Positions 38,501-50,500 of a stretch of 64,000 bases of DNA are shown here, piece by piece; the stretch's first letter is position 1; each line of letters opens with the position of its first letter. The notes under the pieces are model-generated. The model had not been told where the DNA came from. It did not search any database and saw only the letters and a program-made list of their open reading frames with translations. Both the position numbers and the translations under genes were made by a program. The DNA comes from Phoronis australis (Eukaryota; Animalia; Phoronida), in contig NMRA01000127.1 in the NCBI GenBank assembly GCA_002633005.1, forward strand, positions 566,438-630,437. Direction: 5' to 3'.

Positions 38501-41500
38501 ATGCTGAACAAATTCGTTGAATTTCTGCTTGAAATTCAGTATCCAAAATTTTGATGACCGTTTCGAACTGGAGAATTTTTACCCTAAACCTTAAAGTATA
38601 TGCTCTGTGAGAACTAAATTAACAACACAAAAGTTGTTCCTCTGAAAATAGTTTTCTGATGACGTAATTGGCATTTTTTGACTTATAAATTAGATGAAGG
38701 CTTCAGAGCAAGTTAGTTCAGAATGTACATTCTGTGATCTTTGTGTGCATAGTACAACATGTGCCGGGTGAACCCTTTTACGCAGGGACGTTGACTGGTC
38801 ATGGGAGATAACTCCTATTGCTGTTAGGGATACACCTTCTTTATGTGCAAATCATCCAGGAGGACAATTCCCTTCCAAGCGGTGTGGGGTGCCTATGCAC
38901 ATTCAAAATTCCACCGTACCTAGGCAATTCTAAGAGCTCAACTCCTAACCATGAAGCCATGTTACCGAGTGAAACACAACCAGAACGTCTCCTCCGACGC
39001 GTTCCTTAGTAGAGCTCCCTTCCTCAAAAACACCTTTGCACATTGTTTCATGAAGTCAAAAGTGTGCCGGTGTGGCAGCAGCATTGGCTAGTCTTGGATA
39101 ACAAAATGCGCATCACGTATCCACGTCGTGCATCAATGGAACATTTTTAGGAAACGAATTTTGAAATTTCCTGTAACGTAGTCCCATGATAGTTCACTGT
39201 ATTCAGTGCATGCTACAAGTTTACAACAACATTCCGGACATATCATATTTTACTAGTAATAAAATGAATATGTTGCTAGTGTAAGGAAACATGTTTTTAA
39301 TTTTACGTGAAGATGAACGGTATTTCAAAGCCAAACTTGAGACCAGCACTAGTAGTACTGATGGAAGCCACCAACCATGCTCCAGTGCAACTTGCTGACA
39401 TGAGAAACAGACTAGCTCAGCAGCCACATTGCTAAAATTACCCTCGGTTGTGTTCCAGCCTTGTGATTACACTAATCGGCTAACTGCTTATAATCCACTG
39501 ATGCTTCTATTTTTGTTTGCCAAGAAATTATGCAGAGTTGCAATTTGCTTCTTGTCTGACTGGGTTGATACATTCCATGGTGCGATTTGGCGATTGAGTA
39601 ACATAAACATCAGATTGGCGCATAATGTGACAAGAACTGCTCTAGTTTTTTTGATTGATAGGTTTTCTGGTTTTTTTTTTTGGTTTTTTTTTTGTGGAAT
39701 CGTGGCATTGTGTTGATTGGCTTCAGCTAATCGGATTGAATGTGGTCATGACATGACAGATGCATAACTTTTCTGTTTGTTTTACCCTATTATGTTTCAT
39801 GTGAACACAGATGTATAACTTTCTGTTTGTTATACCCTATTATGTGTCACATGCAAGCCAGCAATAAAATTCTTCAGCTGAGGGCTCAATATTATGGATT
39901 CGCAATTGAACTCTTTTTTCAAATGTTTTATCAGAAATGATTTCTACTTTTCTTTGAACAATGTAGTTGTTACTGTCTAAACAACATTTGGTAACTTTTT
40001 GAGCATTTGGGTGAGGTAACAAACTTCGGAAAATTAGAAAAAGGGCAATTTTGTAATTATCTTTCCCAAATTGAAGACTTTTAACTAAGAACTTCTATGA
40101 GTTATTGTAGTAACAGCCAACTTCCTCTATAGGTTCTGTAAGGTCAGTGAACTGAAAACCTGCATAGGGTCTTTTGAACCTTGTTTGCACTTCAGCTGTG
40201 TAACACCACATGGCAGCATTGGAAGTTGAGTCTAATAAACACTTAAGTGTTGATAAATCCTGTTAGCAGCTCTGTATACTTACATCATCATGTTCACTTG
40301 TCTTTTGTAAGATGATGAGCTGTCTTGGCTTGGGTAACAGAAATAGTCAGGTTTATTATGTAACCATTTGGCTAAAACACATACCCAACCTGCCCTGTAA
40401 TATCACATTACTCTTTGGGCCATTTTCACTTACATGGGTTTTTTAGAACCAGTCTGGTGCCCAATTTTCAGAGAAGAAAACTGGTTATCAGGCCCTGTAA
40501 ATGACTGTCACTTTACTCTGTTGGAGCATATCAAGTTTGGCCCCGTGCAACAGTGGTGCTCTCCCCAGTAGCCTGATATTGCTCTCGTCGGGACTTGGTC
40601 CATATTTGTACTTTAGGGTATGTGTGTGTGTAACAAACCTTTTGTACCCACAATTCACTGTGGGTTGTGTTTTCCTGCTTCCATAGCACAATCTTGCCAA
40701 ACTGGCGAGGCACTTGATTGAATACACACCTCGCTTTCATCTCTTCAAAACACCTACTACAAACAACACTATAGGAAGTGGGTAAATCTGGTAACACTTT
40801 AATGTTTTCCAATGATGTGTTCAGTTCTGCTGATGATGTCTGCTTAGCATTTTGCTGGTAGACCTTTCCTAATGCATAATATCTGGGTTATTGTCAAAGC
40901 TGGATTCCAGCACGGCTGCAGTAGCTGACTTCAAGCCTATCCAGGTAGTATCCTACAAGCTTGAACTGAGTTCAGCGGGAGTACCCCAAGCTTCACTAGG
41001 GCACACACCCCAAGTTGCTGTTGCTGAGTTTTGTGTTTCTAAACCTGGGAAGAACCGGTAAACATCCCAAAAAGCCCAGGGTGTCCGCAACATGTGTCCA
41101 CGTCCTGATGAATTTCTGCTTATTTTATTTGACATATCTTTCCAAGGAAGGTTTTTGAGCACTTGCTTGTTGGGTTTTTCTTCTGAATTCTACACGTTCA
41201 ACTGTCTGCATTTACGATACACTTCCAAGTTAACAGAGGTCAACGCCCTCCTTAGAATTGTAATCACATTCACTTTTAATTACCTGTGTTGTTTCACTTG
41301 GCTAATGATGTCCACGAATTTTCATCTCAATTTAAATGCCGCACGTATTTTTGAACAAAATTTTGGCCATATGAGCAACGAAACCAAACTTTATTCGTGA
41401 TACAAATTAACGCCTGATTCATTGTTAAAGTTTGGCTAGACATAAACAGCCATGAGTATGAAATGTGTATTTTTAATAAATGTGAATTTGAGTGTCTGAT

Positions 41501-44500
41501 TAGTACGTTTTTGTATTTCAAGTAGGTTAAACACTTTGAAGCACTTAAGAGCAAGCACATGAAATTTTGTTTTTGTCAAATTTTTCATCATGTCAATCAT
41601 CAGATATTCTAATCGTATGATATATGAGGCAATATCTTAACTTATGACAAGGTTGTTGCACTACAGCTCGTGGGGGGGGGAGTATTCTTCAACAGCTAAA
41701 AACACCTGGTCATGTAACTGGTGAATCAGCGGACACCAGTGTCGTTGCCTAGGGAGTTGTGTGGATGGGTACAGGGATGCAATTGAAAACTTGTTCGACT
41801 TTCTTATTTTGATACGAGTCCTTTTAAAGTCTTTTCAGTTTATTATCGAATGGGAGCATTCATAAATGCGTGCCTGGGAAGTGATTGATATATGTTATAT
41901 ACATTTTGATGATTTGTAAAAAAATCCCCCAACAGAGTTCGTTTCGCATTGAATTTATCGCATTTCCCGCCACAAACCAAGTGTTGCTACTGATGGGATC
42001 AATACAGTGTTTCAGTTTTAATCCTGTCAATCAATAATACCATCTTGTTGCGTTACGTAAGGTCTTTCCAATTACCGTACAGGTATCCCCAGTCTAGTCA
42101 GCACAGGTTATTGCCCTGATGCAGAACTGTTATGGCCATCTGTTGTGATCGTGGATTTACTGTAGACACTATTCTCTCTGCAAAAAATGTACTGTCACAT
42201 TGGTGATCATGAAAGACATTTAATGTAAACAGCACGCTTCACAATTAGCATTTTACCTCCTTTGGTCAATGCATTTTCAAAGTTTTGCTATTTTCATAGT
42301 TTTCAATTCACTTTATATGCTGTTGCGTGTATCGTGCAAAATTTTACAAATATTTCCATTTTATTTTAGCGTCGTGCTCTTGGTCGAGGTGTTGGATTGG
42401 TCAACTTGGCAATGGCATGCAACATGCATACTAACCTGTGCATTAGAGAAATAATGTTCTTTATCCCGGTTTACTTTTAGATAAACCCCGGCAGTAAAGC
42501 GCTCCATAGTGGACTAAAAATTGGTGATATCGTGGAATCCATCAATGGTGACAAGACCCAGGGGTTAATGCACAATGAAGCGCTGAAAATAATTAAAAGT
42601 GCACCGAACACGTTGGAGCTCGGTCTTCGAAAGGAGTGAGTATATGCTGTATCTGTTGTTTTGTGTGAGCTTATTTTTGAGAGATTGACATCTGAAGCCT
42701 GCCGCACACTGCAGCACATGACTTGTCTCAACTCCACATGAAGGCTAAACTCTAAAGTCTTCACTACATGATTGCAGTTAACTAATACATACCCCATCAA
42801 AACAATAGTCACATAACGGAATCACTGATGTTTGGTTGGATAATATGGGATTGGTTGAGTGCTAAGTAAATACATAATGTCCTGGTAATTTCCAAAAGAG
42901 CACATCCAAGAATCATTTGAGTTTTAGAAAGTTCCCATGAATCATTTTGTATCCTTGTCGCGGGATACACATCTTCCAAGTGTGACCAATGAGATATCAT
43001 AATTATTGGTTTTTAAAAAGACTGTTGACATTTTTCAAGTTTATCCCTTGTTAAAAAGAACTGCATGGCTTTTAGTAGTTTAAAAAGTCTCAACAAAATG
43101 GATTCTAATTGGTGTTTCCTAAACTGAAGATCAGTACTGTCGTCAGCTCAGCGCCTCAGCATAGCTTGCTCTGAAAATACAGGTGTAAAATAGTCCCTTC
43201 AAGGTTGCAGTTTGTTGCACCTGTTGGGAGCCGAGCCTTTGCGTAAAGATTGTATAAATTTCCTGATCATGTTGCTAAATTGATATGCATGCCATTGAAC
43301 ACTTCACGTCTTTGATCGTTATAAACAACAGCTGAGTACTTGCAAAGTCAGCCTTTTTGGCAATTCGTTTTCTTATAGATTGTTAATTTGTTTCCAATTT
43401 AGTGAAGTTCAGCTATTATTTAGTGCCTTCTGAAACTTGTCTGTCAGTTTTCTGCTTGAGGTAGCTGTCAACCTTTGTGTTATGTTTTGTAATTCACTTA
43501 GTGTTCACATACTGTATAAACTTTCTTCTATGTAACTTCAAGTGTTAGTTATAACAATTCTTTGGGCGCATTTTTGTGCACCAAAGATGCGTGGTATTGT
43601 TTTCATCGATTCCAACTGTGAGGCAAATCTTCGTTGCCAATTTCCTGGCATTTTGATTTTTGATGCTTTTGGCAGTTTTGAACATCAGTTTCTGTTTAAT
43701 GCGTTTGTCAGTTAGCGTTAAATTTTGCACACTTTTTTGTGGTCTGTTGACCGTATCAGAGTTTTGATCTTCTTCTTTCGATGACAAACATTGAGGATTC
43801 CCAACGTGTCTTCATTCAAGTGTTGAAAATGAAATTATGAAGTTATTTGATGAAATGTGAAAGGTTGACTATTACCATGCCTATGGAGGCTTGATGAATT
43901 GTATATTAATGTTGCTTCTATACTTGTGCTTGGTAGGTACATTTTGTAATGTTGTATTGTAAGATGTATATATTTCCCAATGTCAGTCCCTTTTTCCTCA
44001 TTTTCAGAGAGAGTGCATTGCCTAACGGAGAAATAAACGGACTTAGTCAGACTTATTCTCCAGCCTCTCCACAGTTGGAGACAGAATTAGGTGGGTGTAG
44101 CAGCCATTTTGGATTGAAGAAATCTTTCAATAATGTTACTGTGACACATAAAAAAATTACTAGTTTGTTGCTTCCTACGCGACGAGTCGTGTATATGTGG
44201 CTGCAAACTTCAAGTAGCCAGCAAATGTGCAGAGTGTTACCCCTTTATGCTTCTTTGCAGTCTTAATCGATTCTACTTTCGCCTTCTAATTCTGGTTTTG
44301 TCGTTGTCTCTTTTCCCGTTTGTAATCTTGTGCTTTCTTTCCTGTCTTAACTGTAACCCACTTTCTTGTGTCATTTCGCTTTCCATCTGCTCTCGCTCAC
44401 TAAAAATCTTGCTTGTTGACACAACACAGGAAACATGGAACAATGGCGCACCAAGTCGCCGACACCTCCCAATGTTCCTCCTAAGCCCAAAAAGTGGATC

Positions 44501-47500
44501 CCCGTTCGGGGTACACCAAAAAAATGGTCACCTCCATCGGGTAGCCATTGGGCACCACCACCACTGCCACCTACAGCCAACGATAGCAACCAATGGACAC
44601 CGCCTCCGCCACCATCTCGAATCTATAGAGCAGCACCAACTGCGGCTGGTCAGTGTATGCACGAGGCATGTCCCATTGCCATCACAGAATGGTGTTTGGT
44701 CAAGTTGTTCGAATTGTGTAGTTGGACGCCATCTTATGAGTTATCAGGCATATCATAGGAACATTGTTTTGCCATTACACGCATTCTACTCTGAATAATA
44801 TACCTAACCCATTGTTTTGCCATAACTCACATTCCACATTGCTGAATAATATACTAAAGTCGTTGCGCTTCCATTTCTTACTGACTTCTAGCTCATTGAG
44901 TGTTGTATGATTAACCATCTTTGTTCTAACCTTAAGCTCTCTCCATTGTCATTTTGATTCTGGGCAACCCTTCGAGAACACTCTGCATATTTCACTATCA
45001 TTTGTTCTGATAAACATTCAGCAACAGTCAATTGGCGTTGTATGACACTTCTTAAGTTGCTGTTAAGTTGCTGCCTTTATGTGTTTATGATTTGATTTGA
45101 GAGCCGTTTTATAAAGGTTGATAAACCAAATATTTCGTAATGGTCCACTGTCAACATGTGTGAGGTGACGTCATAGTTTTTGCCTGTAGAAATCAGCTAT
45201 AGATCCTGACATGCCTCCTGCATTAGTTCTACAAATTTGAAGATATATATTAGGGATTTCCATAAGGGGTCCCCACCAACATAAAATCCCCACTGGAACT
45301 CTTTTGGAAACGAGGACTGATAAGTCCCCGAAATGGTATTTCTGCCTCAGGACAAAGGCATGGTAAGTGTAGTCCTTGGTTTAAGATATTAAGTTTGACG
45401 ATGGCAATGCAGCTGGTACCAAACTACTCTTATAGTGGCCAAGCTGCAGATGGAATGAAACTCAGCTGGTATTTCAAGTTAACCCCAATTAAAGTCTAGG
45501 TAGGGGACTGAGACAGATCACCATCTCCGATGCCAACACCACTGAATTGAATTTTGTAGTCTCAAGTGCAGTCACTTACTGCCTCTTACAGCGCTTGTGA
45601 AGCCTGCTGCTGAATGGTGGTGCTGCACTAGTTTACCAATGCGCCCTGCCACTTTTTTCTGAAAGAGACCCTAGAGGCCTGGTTGGGACACTGGACACAA
45701 ATCTTTGATAATGTCCTCAATCCTAAAAAGAAATTTGAATTGCGATTCTGTTCTTGTAGTCAGATTCACTAAAGCTAGTCATTTGTGAGACAATGGTGCC
45801 TGGTGGTGAGGTACCTTGGCTTTGACACTGAAAAGTCAGCTTTTTGGATGTTTACATACCACTTATGACCATAATTTAACAATTTGAGTGGGTGCCCAAT
45901 GGGGGGGACTCTTTTTCAAATGTTAAATGAAAAAAATTAATTTTACAGTGAACAAAGTTTTCCCCATAAAGTGCTAAGGTCGCTCTCCTCCGCATAGTAA
46001 GTTGAGAGAGACACTGTACATTCAAAATCCAGCTGAGCTGAAAAACTACGTAACGCCACTTGAGCTGTCTCTTCATAATTATACTCACCCAAGATGATAC
46101 ACGAGAGGACTTGACCGCTTAGTCCCTGCGATGGGGAAGCCAACCCTGCCCATTCCCATCCCTTCAGTGACCTCTAATTTGACTCTTAAAGTCCTGTGCT
46201 TGCGATAAAGTTTCCTCAAATTAGAACACAATGTGGTAGAACAGTAAAAATTAAATGTTACCAAAACTTTGAACAAGAGTAAACAACAAGGCAATTTTAC
46301 TTTATTATTTGAAAATCGTATACAGTATGGCTGTAGTCTACAAACATGCGATGACATTTTGAACATTTTTGTCAATACATTGAGCGTTTGAAAAATGAAA
46401 AAATGACAATTTTGGCCATTATTTTTGTTTGTGTTTGAGGAAACAGCTCCGTACTCACAAGTCCTCGCCACAAACTGCTACTTAGTGAACGCAAATGCAA
46501 CTGTTGTGTATGTTTTTGGAAACTATGTTTCCTTGCATTGTCATTTATTTTGTTATCTAATGACTGCACACGCTTTACTTCGTAGTAGCATATATTTTCA
46601 CATTGCATGTTTAGGTGCACCATTTAGACGGGAGTACCAACCGGCTCCACTAGGTGGAGTTCCCACCACCATGACCAGCTCAGTAGGGACAGGTGAGTGT
46701 GGCGTCACAATGCAATGTTTGTGGTGGACAACAGCTTCATGTATAAGACAGTGCGTAGTGTGAAATCCATTGTTTTGTCACGCCTCCAACTAGAGAAATG
46801 GAATCTTGTTTATTCAAGCGAATAGTGCTTTTTTGATTGAGAAGTATATTTTTGTCAAGAAACGAGTCTCAGTAGTGGTAGTTCTTGTACTTAGGGATAC
46901 TGGACTTAAATGCTTTGCACACATTTTGCTTGTTTTGTGTTTTTGGAAATAGAAGAGACTACTTGTGTGGGGCGTTCACAATCACGTTCGCCTCATAAAA
47001 TATCCCAAGCAGAATCCCTCTAGAATTGCTATTTTTCTAAATTGAGCCTTCCTCTAGTTGTGCTTCTTAGCTTTATGTGAGTCGTTTTGTTGTACAGTTC
47101 ATGATAAAACTGATCAGATGAGATATCACTTCCCTGTCATGATGGCAGTTTCTGTTAACAGCGAAAATGACTTGTTGTGATCATTATGGTGGCAAACTCT
47201 TATTACAGAGTGGCTTAGCCACCTTGCTAACTTTCCCGTTAATTCACTATCGCACAAATTCACCATTATGCTTGAAAACGAGGCGTTGTGTCTAAACTAC
47301 AAAGTCTTCTGCATGTTTGGTTCACGGTGTTTTCACTTTTGCGTTGTTCAAAATTGATGCTGAAGAGAGATGTCTCCTAAACAACAATGCACAACAATCA
47401 TCTTTTGTAACGTTTCCAAAGTGTCCAAGTAGAGAATGCCTCTTCAATCTCAGTCATGAGGGGAGTTACTCTGTCAACGAAATCGGCTTCTGGCCAGCTA

Positions 47501-50500
47501 CATGACTGGGAATTCTGAGTCATTTTGTCTGTCCGTTTGGTGTGAATTGTATATCATTGGAACATTTGTAACAATCATGAGCACTGTCAGCAATGGCCTA
47601 TAATGCTTTTATTGGTGGTAATTGGGAGTGTTTCACCAGCGAAAGGTCTGAATCATTGGTTGGGGATAGCAGGCTATTTCGTGTAATAACCAGATGTGAG
47701 CTGTCTGCGAGTAGTTACACCATTAGACATGTTACGGCATTTCATTGGGGATTTTGTTTTCGCACAGTAGAGAGCTCGCAACCCGCCGGGCAAGATTCAC
47801 CCCCGCTCAGCCCGAGCATCGTGTCTGCTTTTGCTGTCGCCAGAGAGCTTAAGCAAAAGACCGCGAGAGTACCGACTCTCGCGCACTACGAGACCGTGAC
47901 AGCGGAACACCATGGTAACAAGCATTGCATCATGGGAGTTGGCCGCCTGTTCAGCTTGCTCTCCAAACTCGTTAATCTTGTCTTTCCTCTGCTCTGTGTT
48001 GGCTCATAAAATGTTGATTACTGAGGTTCCCAGCCTACTGACAACCCCACTTCGTTTAACAGAATCTCCAGGATTTAAGCACAGCCTAACCCTGGAGCCA
48101 TAGGTTTTACATACTCTTAACAGTGAGCATGTGTCTTCAACTACAGAAATTGCTGACTTCCTTCAGCAATGTAACCATCACAGTTAACGAATTTATTTGT
48201 TTTCCTAGCTCACATTTTCTGTGTTTTCTGTTTTTGTCTCACGTACTCGTCAGCAAGTCTTTAATTTCACCTGTTTTCTTACTGAAAGCCTTGAGGGTAC
48301 CCAGACTTTTACAAATAATATTTTGTCCTGCATTGAAACAATGAAACAGAGCAGTGCCCTTGCTACAAAATGAGAAACTGCCGTGCAAAACAGTGGAGAG
48401 ACTCTTTCTCTTTCTCTGTTGGTAAGAAAAGAACCTGGAATGGCTGTGCAAAAAGGAAATTATTCACAACGAGTAGAAAGTCTTTTTGCAAAGTCGGGGC
48501 ACTCCGACCTCCAATACGTTGTTGCTATGAAATTTTACCGGTTTTGGAAACAAATAATTGTCGTAATGTCTTCTCAACTTTTTGCAAGGGATTCTGGCAT
48601 GTTGTGAATGCCAGCAGTTTTCAAAATGCACAAGGACGTGAGGCAATAAATCATCATTTCTGGGCCGTGTTGTGTATAGAATTGGGGAGATTTTAACATA
48701 ACTGCATAGTGGTTGGTGGGTAGTGGGTGTGGTCTGACAATTTTTTAATCTATTTTTCGTGTTATGATGAGTGTTGTTTGGCAGAATGTGTTTATGTCAA
48801 TTTCGAGCAATCTAAATTATGGACATTTGGCATTAATACAATTGTAACATTCCTGTTGCTTATGAGCAACGTTGGAAGCTTCGAACGAACCCTTGTGAAT
48901 AACGCCTACAAATGACAAATACTTTTGGAAGGCTGGAAGTGAATCTCGACCATTCTGTCCATCTGGTTTTGGGCCTGAGTGAATGGTTTTAAAATGAGTT
49001 ATTGTGTGATATTTCTTTTTGGTTTCTTGCCTGTTATAGCAAGTTGTCTTTTAACTGTATAGAGGGACAACCTCCCAAAATCACATGTGGATGTTGTTTT
49101 GCACTCTTATTTTGCTTGCTGTAGTTTTAGTTGTTGCTTTGATATTCTGGAACATGAGTGATTCTTTTACAAACTTTCAACTTTTCTGTATATTTGTTTA
49201 TCTAAGCTTTTTTTAAGTGCAATCACTAAGTTTTTTAAGTCGTAAATATTTTTGAACTTTAGTTAAAATGTATTTTGTTTGTGCTACACAGATCACTTTG
49301 CACTGGTTTATTTAGAAATGTTTCATTATTTTACGGCTTCTTCAGATGTTGTCATGTGCCAAAAATTGCAGGTTTTGTCAAACTTCTCAAAAATTGAAAA
49401 TCTGTGGTTCGATTGAAGATACCACGGATGGAGCAGGAGAGTCAATCATGTACATTCTCCATTCCGTTGCAACATTTGCGTTACAATTTTGATATATTTT
49501 GACTTGTTTCACCCGTTTTCCATATTTCAAATCTATGTTACGCACAAGCAATTGGATTATTTTAGAAACCGTAAAATAGTTGTTTTTTTTTTCTACCAAG
49601 ACGTCTGCTTCACAGCTCTGTACCCCCACTGTGTTTTCACTGCTGTCACTCTCTGTGTATGTTAGATACCCTCCCACAGTCACCCACCCGACCTAGCCGG
49701 GGCATGAACATATTCATGAAGCAGCAGTCGCGGCTCAACAAGGAGGAGGCTGGTCAACTCCAAGGTCAGTTATCATCTAGCAACCAGCCAGATCAGTGTG
49801 CCGAACCTGGTCTAAAAGCCCCACCACCACCACCGCCTGTCAGACAAAAGCCCGTCCAATCGCTGCTCTCTCCTAGCAGGCCAAGTCCACCAGTCGGGGC
49901 CCCACCTAGTAAAGCCCCGCCTACTGCCACGGGCTCCACTGTTAAGGTGGCGCCACCTGTGCCCAAAAAGACTGTATCGTCAGCGGGAGTCAAGAAGACC
50001 CCGTTCTACTTCGATACCTTCGAGAGTCAGCGTTCGTTTGTCATCGATCAAGGTATTCATACGCCTGGCATGAATCTTGAGAAGCATGACGTCTGAACCT
50101 GCATCCTGGTCACGTGACCCGCCGTCTGCGGCATCCTTCTGTGCTCAGCTGTAAATTGCTCCCTCAGCTTTACATGTCTTATGTGTTTGTTCGTCTTGCT
50201 CTGCAAGCCACCATTGAATTTTTGTTTGGTAGTTCTTAGCAATAAAATCTCGTGTTTATCCTACGTTGCCAAGCTTTATTATTGGAGTAACAGTAGTAAT
50301 GACCCCTTAACTGTCCTTAACTGTATTAAGTGCTACTTATGTTGTCTGTTTGTTTTCTACTCACTTTGGAGTAGTGAAACATTTATTTCAGTTGCATACT
50401 GTCTCTGTCTGATGTATGTTTGTTTGAATGTAGAGTTTTTGGGAGACTTGGGTGAACTGGCATTGTCGAGTAAGATCAATGTGATGCCAAAAAAAGAGTC

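Noticed and set aside
39757-39853. Short two-copy tandem duplications here and at ~12788-12842 and ~44762-44857
   Set aside because: Ordinary local slippage duplications with no sign of function.
44649-44758. Read-through of exon 4 as a terminal exon ([15 protein letters not shown]...)
   Set aside because: Composition shifts to intron-like sequence after a good donor, and no clear AATAAA follows nearby.
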